In this document: one piece after another, positions 7,934 to 16,967 of the stretch
Layout of the letters: every line of letters starts with the position of its first letter
Position numbering within the stretch: position 1 is the stretch's first letter
Sequence record: PV112478.1
Reading direction: 5' to 3' (one strand)
DNA: 64,000 nt
The notes under the pieces: generated by a model
Told to the model about the DNA's origin: nothing
Databases searched by the model: none
What the model saw: only the letters and a program-made list of their open reading frames with translations
Made by a program: the position numbers and the translations under genes

Positions 7934-9901
7934 TTATTGAAGGAATGCTTTGACAGGGCCCAAGTAAACGGAACCTGATGTTTGATAATGACGAAGACCC
8001 ACGTGAACAGTCGCTGCCCCAGGCGGAACAATTACCGATCCGGAGCATTTTACAACATTAGATGCACTACCTGTCGTCCCTGAAAGATTCGTCCCAATTA
8101 CGTTATGGGTAATTTCTACACCTTCAATGTCGTAAAATGTATAACCGAAATAACAACCGCCATTTGTGGAAACAATATTTTCCCAATAGAGCGTGGTAGC
8201 TAAATAAAGAGTTTGTCCTGGCGAGCAGCGTAAACGTTGGCCAAATAACGTTGTCAATCCCCCAGTCGTTGTTGTGCTAAGCACTTTCGCAGAGGCGCCA
8301 ATTGATTTTGAGTTATCGTAAGTTATCGTAGGTTGGAAAGCGGTACCCGTTGCTGAATATATCGTAGACCAACCTGTCAAATCTGCGGTATTATAATTAT
8401 AATTTCTCAGCGGGTTCGTATAATCGCCGATATTTACCATGTCATTATTTCCGTAGATATCAAAATAATTATCGACAACTTTGACGAGGGCACCGCTACC
8501 TGTACATTTAACAACATCAACGGCCGCCATCTTATTGTATTTTCCAGCAGGACATCCCACTAGTCGGAAAATACAAGGACCTGATAAAGTGAACCATACA
8601 GGTTTACCTGCGGTTGTTCCTTGGTTCGCATACGTGGTGGCAACGTCATTTCCGCCGTCAATAAACGTGTTTTGGATATTGACAAACGGTTTTCTTTTTG
8701 AAGAGGTATAAAGCATCTTACCGTACGGGTTAGAGGAATTGTTCTCGAAATGACACCCTATGAAATTAATATTTCCCGTAGAGATATCAAACACAAGATC
8801 ACTATAGTCAAAAGAGTGCGAATAAAAATACGCATCAAGATACTGACCGGTACTGGGAACGTAGACACCCGCAGCGTTCCCGTTAGCGTTTAATCCATTA
8901 TACGTTACGCCACCGAAGATTGAAATGTTTTCCCCTGCGTCGTTGACGCAATTGAAATGCCAGCCATATCGCCAGAACTTACCCACAACCGGCTGTATAA
9001 ATTGCAGAAGGTACGTCGACTGCGAGCCGATATAAATGTTGTCACGAAATCCTTCCACCCACACTTTAGCTAACACCGTGGACACTTGGGTGTTTGTACC
9101 ATCGGGGAAGAACCCAATACCATCTAATGTCCCTACAGGTGTTATAGGTGGTTTCGAAACGGAAGGTCCTCCGTAAGGGCCTTGTAAACGAATTTCCAGC
9201 TCTGATCCTAAATTGTAAGTGGCGCCAGGGACACCTACGACCCGAACAGCATACCCGGTAGTCATTAATGAACCATCTACCACAAACCTTGAACGGTCCA
9301 TGATCAATTTTCCGGAAGCTGCGTAGACAGTAATTTGAGAAGTGATTCGGTAACGAGCATTCGATTCTTTAGAACGAACAGTATAACCTAACTTCAGTAA
9401 TTCTAAGGTTTTTTGTACTGCAACAGTATCATCCGTTATACCGTCTCCCTTCGCCCCATTACTTTCAAAGGTCGTTTGGCCAGAAATGTCATTCAGGGAA
9501 CCAGCACCCATGGGAATAATGCTCATACCGGTACTTTCTGTAACTGATGCTGCAGCTCTCATTTGTCTGCTCGTCGGTAACCTGACTTGTTCATTGTCAT
9601 AACCCAGAATAGGATTAGCTACTCCGTCATTATTTTGGTATTGCAACACCCACAGCTTCGCTGCGCTTTCGTACACGAAAAATACGTCCCCTGACGTTGT
9701 TCCGTTCAGGCCCGCATCCACAGACAGGAAAGCATTCTCGAAACCCAGCGTTTGACGAAGGTCGTTAATTTTGGTGGATTTAGTGAAGGGAACTCCTGCA
9801 CTGGTTTTGGCGTTAATCGGAACGACGTCATTCTCTTTGATGACACCTGCGTCACCGAGTTCAGAAATTTTGATTCCGATAGAATCTGAAGTCTTAGGCA
9901 T
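7934..9901 (-). CDS. Tailspike/depolymerase with anchor module
   Basis: KISELG...DLRQTLGFENAF; pectate-lyase-like entry motif GAKGDGITDDTVAVQ; AGENISIF and SFDYS. Confidence 0.88.
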   Translation of the reverse strand: MPKTSDSIGIKISELGDAGVIKENDVVPINAKTSAGVPFTKSTKINDLRQTLGFENAFLSVDAGLNGTTSGDVFFVYESAAKLWVLQYQNNDGVANPILGYDNEQVRLPTSRQMRAAASVTESTGMSIIPMGAGSLNDISGQTTFESNGAKGDGITDDTVAVQKTLELLKLGYTVRSKESNARYRITSQITVYAASGKLIMDRSRFVVDGSLMTTGYAVRVVGVPGATYNLGSELEIRLQGPYGGPSVSKPPITPVGTLDGIGFFPDGTNTQVSTVLAKVWVEGFRDNIYIGSQSTYLLQFIQPVVGKFWRYGWHFNCVNDAGENISIFGGVTYNGLNANGNAAGVYVPSTGQYLDAYFYSHSFDYSDLVFDISTGNINFIGCHFENNSSNPYGKMLYTSSKRKPFVNIQNTFIDGGNDVATTYANQGTTAGKPVWFTLSGPCIFRLVGCPAGKYNKMAAVDVVKCTGSGALVKVVDNYFDIYGNNDMVNIGDYTNPLRNYNYNTADLTGWSTIYSATGTAFQPTITYDNSKSIGASAKVLSTTTTGGLTTLFGQRLRCSPGQTLYLATTLYWENIVSTNGGCYFGYTFYDIEGVEITHNVIGTNLSGTTGSASNVVKCSGSVIVPPGAATVHVGLRHYQTSGSVYLGPVKAFLQ

Positions 9902-9927
9902 TATACTACCCTCAAGTGAAAGAATCT

Positions 9928-9931
9928 CATA
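9928..9931 (-). promoter_or_regulatory. Late-promoter-like TATG(AG)
   Basis: TTTTGTTTCGTATGA, identical to the motif at 12307-12321 on the + strand. Confidence 0.6.
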
Positions 9932-9938
9932 CGAAACA

Positions 9939-9970
9939 AAAGAGAAGAGGGCTAAGACCCTCTTCTCTTT
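9939..9970. terminator. Intrinsic terminator-like hairpin
   Basis: AAAGAGAAGAGGG-CTAAGA-CCCTCTTCTCTTT, 13-bp stem. Confidence 0.8.
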
Positions 9971-9976
9971 ATTAGA

Positions 9977-12190
9977 TTACCAACTAGAAAGAGCAGCTCT
10001 TACCCAAGTATTTGTTGCGATACAGACGTAGTAATAACTACTATCAGCCGCCCATTGTCCTACAGTACCGGGAGCTGTTGCATTAGCAGGTACTGCGACT
10101 TTAACGCCAACTGGATTCCCTGCCACGGTTATGGCTCTTGAAAAATAACCATCCCGCCACTGAAGAGCACTTGTCCCAAAATCATAAAGGTTCGTCGCAT
10201 TAGGGACTACTGTCCCCATGAAGTTGAACTGACTGGCGCCTCCGTTAGCAACAAAATTCATACCGGATAAATAACTGGTTATTGTCATCGGTCCGGTGTT
10301 ACCAAGTAAGATTCTACCCCCTAAAGTCGTGTTACCGTAAGGATAAAAATCCAGTCTCCTGTCTCCACTTGTAGTGTTATTATTTCCTATTTGGAGAATA
10401 TTACCACTGGAGATAGAGGCTGTTGTTTTAATAAGGTAACCGCTTATCGTCCCATCCTGAGCCACCGAAAGAATAGGTGTTGTCGGGTTGAAAGCACCAT
10501 CTGTATTGGTGTAATAAATAGAAAGGGCGCTGTTATTATCGCTATCCACATCGATAATAAATTTTCTCGTCGCTACTTTGACGTCGTTAATGATCAGGCC
10601 GCTAGTAATTCTTCTCGTAAAGTTATTGATGGCGCAGTTTATCAGCTGATAAGCTCTTTTACCTTGTGTACTAGCGCTGACGTCAAAGATAGGGGCTACT
10701 GTAGAGTTACCGGAAACTTCAGAGAATGCGCTGGAGAAATAACAGCTATCGAAAACACGCCCGGTATTAGTACTTGTACCAAATCTAATCATTGGTACGT
10801 GGACAGCGCTGTCATAACCAACTGCGGACTTTCTTAAAGTTTGGAAAGTACATCCAGTGAATTTAATAATCCCTTGGTTGATGAATCCTAATTCGTAAGT
10901 GCCCGCTGAATCTGTTCCGCCAGAACCATTATCGGTAAAAATTACTGTATCGAAATTAAACTGCGTACCGCCGCCCAAATTAAACCATTTTGCACCGTAG
11001 AAGTGAGTCTCAATATGACCGCCTTCAAATTTAATGTTGTGGTGCGTACTGGAGGTAGGAGTTGGGTCTACTTTAATAGCTACGTAGTTTTTAGTGTACG
11101 TCGTTTCAATGTGCGGTCTGATGAACACAATGTTGTTGGAGTTGTCCGTGGCCTGAGGTAAGAAATGAATCCCCGTAGCAGGATTATTTGTATCATTATC
11201 ATCAACGGCAACAAACCCAGTCATGTAGATACAGTCGAAAACCGCATCGTAACACTGACCGAATGTTAAAGCTTTAGTGGGCGACATGAAGTTAAGGTTT
11301 GAAAATCTTCCACCGACAGCCATTGAGTTAGCGGTCACTTCACTTCCGAGTTTAATGTAATAAGCAAAAATACCCGGCTCTTTAATAAAAGTTAACCCGT
11401 CCATTTCAAGACGGCCGCCCGTGAAAGTAAAGAGAAAATCTTTATTCACGTTAGAAGAAATATAAGCGCCTTTTCCTAGAATCCTAAACCTTGGTTTTCC
11501 AGTCTCATAAGTGATGGCACTTAGGTCTTTAACTATTTTACTGTCGAGTCGATATTTACCTGGCGGGAAGAATAACCACCCCGAGGCATACCGTTGAGCG
11601 TTAGAGATATTGATTTCTTTTTGATAAATACATTTATCTATTGCTGCGCTAACCGCCGGAGACCAATCCCAAGTAGAGGGGTCATTAGGATTATCTTTTT
11701 TGGTGACTAGACTTGAAAACTCCCAAATATTGATAGGTAGGCTATTTAATGCTTTAGCCGCGCTCTCCGCGCTTAACTCGATCTCTTTACGTTGATAGCC
11801 AACTTCATCAGCCCCATTATTAGACATAATTCCATCAACGTCACCACGAATTACTTTTATACCGTAACCGGTATAATTAATTTTAGCAGTACCGTCCGAG
11901 TTAAAAATCTGTTCTGCAACTCCGTTGCGGTTGACATATGCTTTAACTGTCGTTTTTTCTGCGTCGGCATAAACGTAGAAAATTTGATTAGGAACAGTAC
12001 CCGCAAGACCCGCTACTGTCGTAGTGAATGCGTTTTCGAAATTTAGCAGGGAGCGTAAATCAGAAATCTCCATCGCTTTAGATTCGGTTATTCCCGCTTC
12101 ATTCTGAGCGATAAATACGACATCAGAATCATTTACCGGTTTCGATGGTCGATCCATTTCACTGAGTTTTACAAAGATCTCACTGGCCAT
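9977..12190 (-). CDS. Tailspike/depolymerase with anchor module
   Basis: KLSEM...DLRSLLNFENAF; NIWEF..DPSTWDWSPAVSAAI and LFFPPGKY tailspike entry motifs; beta-helix body; C-terminal VPANATAPG..GQ..YYYVCIATNTWVR. Confidence 0.88.
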   Translation of the reverse strand: MASEIFVKLSEMDRPSKPVNDSDVVFIAQNEAGITESKAMEISDLRSLLNFENAFTTTVAGLAGTVPNQIFYVYADAEKTTVKAYVNRNGVAEQIFNSDGTAKINYTGYGIKVIRGDVDGIMSNNGADEVGYQRKEIELSAESAAKALNSLPINIWEFSSLVTKKDNPNDPSTWDWSPAVSAAIDKCIYQKEINISNAQRYASGWLFFPPGKYRLDSKIVKDLSAITYETGKPRFRILGKGAYISSNVNKDFLFTFTGGRLEMDGLTFIKEPGIFAYYIKLGSEVTANSMAVGGRFSNLNFMSPTKALTFGQCYDAVFDCIYMTGFVAVDDNDTNNPATGIHFLPQATDNSNNIVFIRPHIETTYTKNYVAIKVDPTPTSSTHHNIKFEGGHIETHFYGAKWFNLGGGTQFNFDTVIFTDNGSGGTDSAGTYELGFINQGIIKFTGCTFQTLRKSAVGYDSAVHVPMIRFGTSTNTGRVFDSCYFSSAFSEVSGNSTVAPIFDVSASTQGKRAYQLINCAINNFTRRITSGLIINDVKVATRKFIIDVDSDNNSALSIYYTNTDGAFNPTTPILSVAQDGTISGYLIKTTASISSGNILQIGNNNTTSGDRRLDFYPYGNTTLGGRILLGNTGPMTITSYLSGMNFVANGGASQFNFMGTVVPNATNLYDFGTSALQWRDGYFSRAITVAGNPVGVKVAVPANATAPGTVGQWAADSSYYYVCIATNTWVRAALSSW

Positions 12191-12316
12191 AATTGTACCT
12201 TACTTTGTCTCTAATAGTCAATTGTACATACGATTGACAGCTTGAAAGAATACGTTTCGGTTTATTATACATTAACTAGAGAAGGATGCGGAAAAGCTCC
12301 TCTCTGTTTTGTTTCG

Positions 12317-12320
12317 TATG
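12317..12320 (+). promoter_or_regulatory. Late-promoter-like TATG(AC)
   Basis: TTTTGTTTCGTATGAC follows an imperfect hairpin (12277-12306), upstream of RBS GGAG and the ATG at 12352. Confidence 0.6.
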
Positions 12321-12351
12321 ACCATTTTCAAATAATAACCGGAGTTAGATA

Positions 12352-14910
12352 ATGTCCGATATTTTTTCTCAAAAGATCTCTGAGTTACAGTCCAGTACAG
12401 GGCCGAGCGAAAACGCTTATTTCCCTCTCTCTGAAGCCAATAGCGACTTCTCAGAAAAAGTGAGTGTCGCCACCTTAAGGGAAACTATTGGTTTTGAGAA
12501 TGCTTTCCCTACCGTCGCTATTGCGTTACTGGCGACTAAAGAAAGTGACGTCTTCTTCGTCTATGAAAACGAAAAGAAAGAAAACGTTTTGGGTTATGTC
12601 AATCAGGGTAATGGAAATTATTCCGCTTTGATGACCGATAGTAACGTGCAACTGCGCTACGCTACGAGTAGTTTCATTGTTAATAGCTTATTCTTTTTGC
12701 GTGGGGCGGAAAGTTTCGAAGAGCTTAGAACAATTAAACCGTGGTACGAAGGACAACGCATTAAACTTAAAAGCTACTACGTTGACGGTTTAACAGGTGG
12801 CGGTGAGTTTGTTGCGCGGTTGACTGTTGGTGTAGATGACAGTGGTGTCATCGCAGCAGGGTCGGGATTCTATTGGGAACGTGTACTCACCGATCCGGTG
12901 ATCTATCCTGAATATTTTGGCGCCGATACCTCGTTATCTGATAATAGTACGGCACTTAGCACCACCTTTAATTACGCCATCGCCAATAAAAAATCGGTCT
13001 GCATTAAAGCGAACATCAAAGTTTCTACGGTAACCATCGCTGGATTTAATTTCACTATTTTTGGGCCGGGGACAATGACCTTCTCTGACCCAAATGGACT
13101 TGTTATCAGTAACGGAAACGCCGGTATTATCGACGGGCCTGCTCTCGTTTTTTCCGGGGTAGGTTCAACTGGAATTACCGTAACGGGCTCTAACAATGTC
13201 GTGGTTCGAAACTGTACTATTTCGAATCATGGTCGAAATGGTGGGGTCTACATTTTAAACTCCAGCAATGTGATGGTCTCCAAGAATACTTTCCTGAACG
13301 CAGCGGGTGATGCGACGTTTGGATCCTCTACCACCGCTGATGTCAATATCTGGGGGACGAATAACGGTTGTTCCGTGGTAGATAACCGGTTTATCTCTGG
13401 AGGTGGCTACGCTATTCAGATTCGTTCGCACGCGTTAGGGGATGTTTCAGTTAATCACGTCATCTCAAGAAACTTCATTGACGGTTACAACAGTTACGGA
13501 ATTAACTGCTACCGAAATAAACAATCGTTGACGGATACGCAGGTATTGAAAAATGTTATTGTTTCTGAAAACGTTATCAGTAACATTTCAGGTAATCGTC
13601 CAAGTAACCCAGCTACTCCCGATGTGTTAATCTTCGGTACTGGCATCTACATGCAAGGCTCCGAAATGTCAACGGTTGTCAATAACACAATCACTAATGT
13701 GTGTACCAACTCTAACAATGACTTGCTGGCGCCTGCCGGAATTGGGGTCACCAACATCGGTAATATTAATATCGCCAACAACACCATTGTCAACTCGGGG
13801 ATGTACGGTATTAAAATCAACGACTCTGTCGGTTTAGGCGATGTTTACGGGCGAGTGATTGTTGAGAGTAATATTATTGACACAGTCGGTACCGATGGCA
13901 TCATGGTCCAGGATCGCAATAACATTTCAGTAACCAACAACTCCATTAAAGGCGCTGCTCGTGACGGAATTAAAATCAATACTTCTCCGTCAAGTCAAAC
14001 CAAAGTAGTTTCCACCGATAAAAAGATTTCCTTTAACAGCCTCAAAACCATCACGGGGATCGGAATCTATATCGAATATTCTCAAAGCTGGTCTATTGAA
14101 AGTAACTGTGTTACCGATTGTGCTCAGGGGTTAGTTTTCCAGTACAGTGCGCACGGTAGAGTGATAGGTAATACTATCGTTAATGCCTCTACGCGGGGCT
14201 ACTACGCACATGTGACAAACACCACACCGGGATCAATCATTTTTACTGAAAATAAATGCTTGAATACCGTCACGCAAATTGCTGTCGAACATCCGATTGA
14301 CTACTACAACAACCCGCAATTGACACCGACGGGGACGTACGCTAATGCGAGAGAAATTACAGCGGATTTACCAGATGTTACGGGTTGCGAAGTCCTGAAT
14401 TTAAAACCCACCGCAGCGATGAATCTGACTGGATTTGCAGGCGGGAAAATTGGGCAGCGCATTACCATATGGGTAAATAATGCATTGGTAACAATGGTAC
14501 AGAGTGGCTCCTTTATTCTAGCTGGGTTGAAAAATAGAAACCCGGGCTATAACAGCGCTGTAACGTTTGTGAAAACAAAAGCAGGGTGGGTCGAAGTAGC
14601 ACAAAGTGGGTACGCAGTCGCTTACATTAACCCAACGTCTGGGAGTTCCGTTACTGTCAGTGACTATACTGGAGGAATCTACATCCAAGGTAGTAGTGCA
14701 CTAGCTAGTCTTTCGGTTACGTTACCTGCTTCCCCCGTGGACGATCAAGTCTGTACTATTTGTTCTCAGAGTGGCGTTACGGCATTGACATTGACGGCAA
14801 ATACGGGACAAAGTATTTTCCCTCCGACCACACCGACTGCCCTTTCTGCGGGCATTTCTATTCAGTATCGGTATCGGGCGGCGGCTAACGGCTGGTTCCG
14901 CTATCAGTGA
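12352..14910 (+). CDS. Tailspike/depolymerase with anchor module, neck domain and right-handed beta-helix
   Basis: KISELQ...TLRETIGFENAF; ELRTIKPWYEGQ..GGGEF..YWERV; many N/I/G beta-helix repeats (NVIVSENVISN, NTIVNSGMYGI); C-terminal TLPASPVDDQ domain. Confidence 0.88.
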   Translation: MSDIFSQKISELQSSTGPSENAYFPLSEANSDFSEKVSVATLRETIGFENAFPTVAIALLATKESDVFFVYENEKKENVLGYVNQGNGNYSALMTDSNVQLRYATSSFIVNSLFFLRGAESFEELRTIKPWYEGQRIKLKSYYVDGLTGGGEFVARLTVGVDDSGVIAAGSGFYWERVLTDPVIYPEYFGADTSLSDNSTALSTTFNYAIANKKSVCIKANIKVSTVTIAGFNFTIFGPGTMTFSDPNGLVISNGNAGIIDGPALVFSGVGSTGITVTGSNNVVVRNCTISNHGRNGGVYILNSSNVMVSKNTFLNAAGDATFGSSTTADVNIWGTNNGCSVVDNRFISGGGYAIQIRSHALGDVSVNHVISRNFIDGYNSYGINCYRNKQSLTDTQVLKNVIVSENVISNISGNRPSNPATPDVLIFGTGIYMQGSEMSTVVNNTITNVCTNSNNDLLAPAGIGVTNIGNINIANNTIVNSGMYGIKINDSVGLGDVYGRVIVESNIIDTVGTDGIMVQDRNNISVTNNSIKGAARDGIKINTSPSSQTKVVSTDKKISFNSLKTITGIGIYIEYSQSWSIESNCVTDCAQGLVFQYSAHGRVIGNTIVNASTRGYYAHVTNTTPGSIIFTENKCLNTVTQIAVEHPIDYYNNPQLTPTGTYANAREITADLPDVTGCEVLNLKPTAAMNLTGFAGGKIGQRITIWVNNALVTMVQSGSFILAGLKNRNPGYNSAVTFVKTKAGWVEVAQSGYAVAYINPTSGSSVTVSDYTGGIYIQGSSALASLSVTLPASPVDDQVCTICSQSGVTALTLTANTGQSIFPPTTPTALSAGISIQYRYRAAANGWFRYQ

Positions 14911-14936
14911 ATCAAAAGACTAAGATAATATAATAC

Positions 14937-14966
14937 AATCGAAGGAGGCTAACTCCTCCTTCGATT
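14937..14966 (+). terminator. Intrinsic terminator-like hairpin
   Basis: AATCGAAGGAGG-CTAACT-CCTCCTTCGATT followed by TTT. Confidence 0.8.
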
Positions 14967-14970
14967 TTTA

Positions 14971-14974
14971 TATG
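14971..14974 (+). promoter_or_regulatory. Late-promoter-like TATG(AC)
   Basis: TTTTTATATGAC lies 4 nt after the hairpin, upstream of the ATG at 15000. Confidence 0.55.
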
Positions 14975-14999
14975 ACTACCTCCATTCAGGATTAAAGAC

Positions 15000-16922
15000 A
15001 TGTCTAATGAAACGCAGAAAATTAGCGAGTTAACAACAACGAGTATTATCCCTGAAAAATCACTTATACCCGTAGTGGCGGATAATCTCCTGACTAATTC
15101 CGTAGATATTACCACATTACGATCCACCCTTAATTTTGAAAATGCTTTTTCTACTATAAATGAAGGCATTGCCGCAACTAATAAAAATGACCCGTTCTTT
15201 GTTTACGAGGATACTGAAAGGTTTTCTGTCGTCGGTTATGTTAATCAAGGAGGCGGGTCGTATTCCTTATTAGTCGATGGTGACGGGAAACAGGTTTCTT
15301 TTGCTACATCGAATGCAACCACTGACGCAATGAAAGAAAAAAGAGTCAGATCGAAACTCTTTATTTACGCTGAAGCAGAGGGTGTTGTCAATGACTCCAG
15401 TATTGATTCATCGGATGCTTTACAGGCACTTGTGGACAAATACAAAGGTATCAGAATAATCCTCCCACCTAGTATCATGATTAAGAAAACAATAAAGTAT
15501 TATACGCAAACTATTATTTCAGGAATTGCGGAAACGAGGAGTATTATTTGGGCTGGCGCCGGGTTCGTTGGATCCAGTATGTTTGAGCCGGCAACGACAA
15601 CAAAACAATCTGTCCAAGAACCTGATTTCTCCGATCTTACTTTAGCCGATCAAAGTGCAACAAACGTCAACCGCGGAACTTCTTCTGCGATTAATGGTAT
15701 TGAGCTTGTTGGGACGTTTGTTGCAAAAGTGGAAAATATAAAAGGTGTTCGTTTGAATGCGACGATCCACTGTAATGTCGGCACTGAGATTCAGCACACA
15801 ATGCGCCCTTATATACGTCGTATTAATGGATCGAATGTCAACTGGCATATTTTGTTCGAACCTACAACCGATGATCGATTTGCATATGGAGATGTGTATC
15901 TATCTGATATTAAAACATCTGGTAGTTGCATGAACGGAATAAGGGTTCGTGATACTGACGGTTTACAAATCAACGGCGCGGTTATTTTCCCTAACGGGGG
16001 TATTGAAATTTCTGGTCATTACCTTAATCTTTCAAATATTCATCCGTTCGAATCTAAATCTATTTTAGGTGATACTAGAATACCTGCGGCAATAACTATT
16101 CTACCCCGTGGCCCCAATACCTATAGCCGTTTTATTAATGTTCATGGCGTTGCTAGCGGGTTTGCTGGGAGATTAGCTGACACAACTATCGGGAATCCTG
16201 CGCAAACTAATAATCCCGCCCCGGGAATCTACATGGAAATGTGTTTGAACTTTAATGTTTCATTTACGGTTAATCAGTCAGCGCAAGAAGCTTTACGATT
16301 AGTAAATTGTCAAAATGGTACTTTTTCTTTCTCTAGTCTTGATGTTAATACACAGGCACTCGGTTCCGGTAAGTTACCGGAAGGTACTTACGATGTAGTG
16401 AAACTGGAAAGTTGTAAATTTATTAATGGTATTTTTACTGATATTTCCGCAAGTCGTAGATATGCGGTTTACCTCGATGATAACTGCGTAAATAATAACA
16501 TTGTAGGTACTTGTTCTCGAGGTCTCATACTCGGCCAAAACGTTAGATTACCCACTAATGGTAATTTTAATTACGTTAAAATCATTAGTGAGAATTCAAC
16601 TGGATCAACTACATTCGAACAGAAAAAACCATCTGCGAGCATTCAGACAATCTCGGATGGGTTGGCCACTCCCGAGACTCCTAATATTTCAAACAACGAT
16701 GTTATTAAATTTAACAATTCAGTAGTGACTAATGTCACTGATTTACCTAGTATTGGAAATTATCAGTCGGTCACTGTAGTGTTAAGTGATAACAATGCAA
16801 CGCGTTTAGTTGATGTCGCCAACGGCGGGAAATTTAGTCTTGGTGGGGCAAACATCATGGGAAGAGGTACCGTTTTACGTCTCTATCGCGACGATTTAAG
16901 CGGGAACCTTATTAAATATTAA
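15000..16922 (+). CDS. Tailspike/depolymerase with anchor module
   Basis: KISELT...TLRSTLNFENAF; entry motif DSSDALQAL..IILPP; beta-helix-like body; AT-rich. Confidence 0.85.
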   Translation: MSNETQKISELTTTSIIPEKSLIPVVADNLLTNSVDITTLRSTLNFENAFSTINEGIAATNKNDPFFVYEDTERFSVVGYVNQGGGSYSLLVDGDGKQVSFATSNATTDAMKEKRVRSKLFIYAEAEGVVNDSSIDSSDALQALVDKYKGIRIILPPSIMIKKTIKYYTQTIISGIAETRSIIWAGAGFVGSSMFEPATTTKQSVQEPDFSDLTLADQSATNVNRGTSSAINGIELVGTFVAKVENIKGVRLNATIHCNVGTEIQHTMRPYIRRINGSNVNWHILFEPTTDDRFAYGDVYLSDIKTSGSCMNGIRVRDTDGLQINGAVIFPNGGIEISGHYLNLSNIHPFESKSILGDTRIPAAITILPRGPNTYSRFINVHGVASGFAGRLADTTIGNPAQTNNPAPGIYMEMCLNFNVSFTVNQSAQEALRLVNCQNGTFSFSSLDVNTQALGSGKLPEGTYDVVKLESCKFINGIFTDISASRRYAVYLDDNCVNNNIVGTCSRGLILGQNVRLPTNGNFNYVKIISENSTGSTTFEQKKPSASIQTISDGLATPETPNISNNDVIKFNNSVVTNVTDLPSIGNYQSVTVVLSDNNATRLVDVANGGKFSLGGANIMGRGTVLRLYRDDLSGNLIKY

Positions 16923-16926
16923 AAGC

Positions 16927-16958
16927 ACAGACAGAGGGGCTCCTGCCCCTCTGTCTGT
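16927..16958. terminator. Bidirectional terminator hairpin between convergent genes
   Basis: ACAGACAGAGGGGC-TCCT-GCCCCTCTGTCTGT, 14-bp stem. Confidence 0.85.
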
Positions 16959-16967
16959 TTATATCTT

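Noticed and set aside
1445-12046. Numerous + strand ORFs inside the spike genes (e.g. 1445, 3610, 6282, 10391, 11792)
   Set aside because: Antisense shadows with no RBS or recognisable motifs.
12191-12351. tRNA or ncRNA in the larger intergenic gaps (also 21040-21142, 49382-49487, 55148-55246)
   Set aside because: No cloverleaf or TTCGA T-loop pattern; the gaps are explained by promoters and terminators.
7685-15149. Short inverted matches across FENAF codons (7685-7699 vs 15135-15149, 15 bp; 9727-9745 vs 12490-12508, 18/19)
   Set aside because: Explained by the conserved amino acids; short, and no invertase nearby, so not called as shufflon sites.
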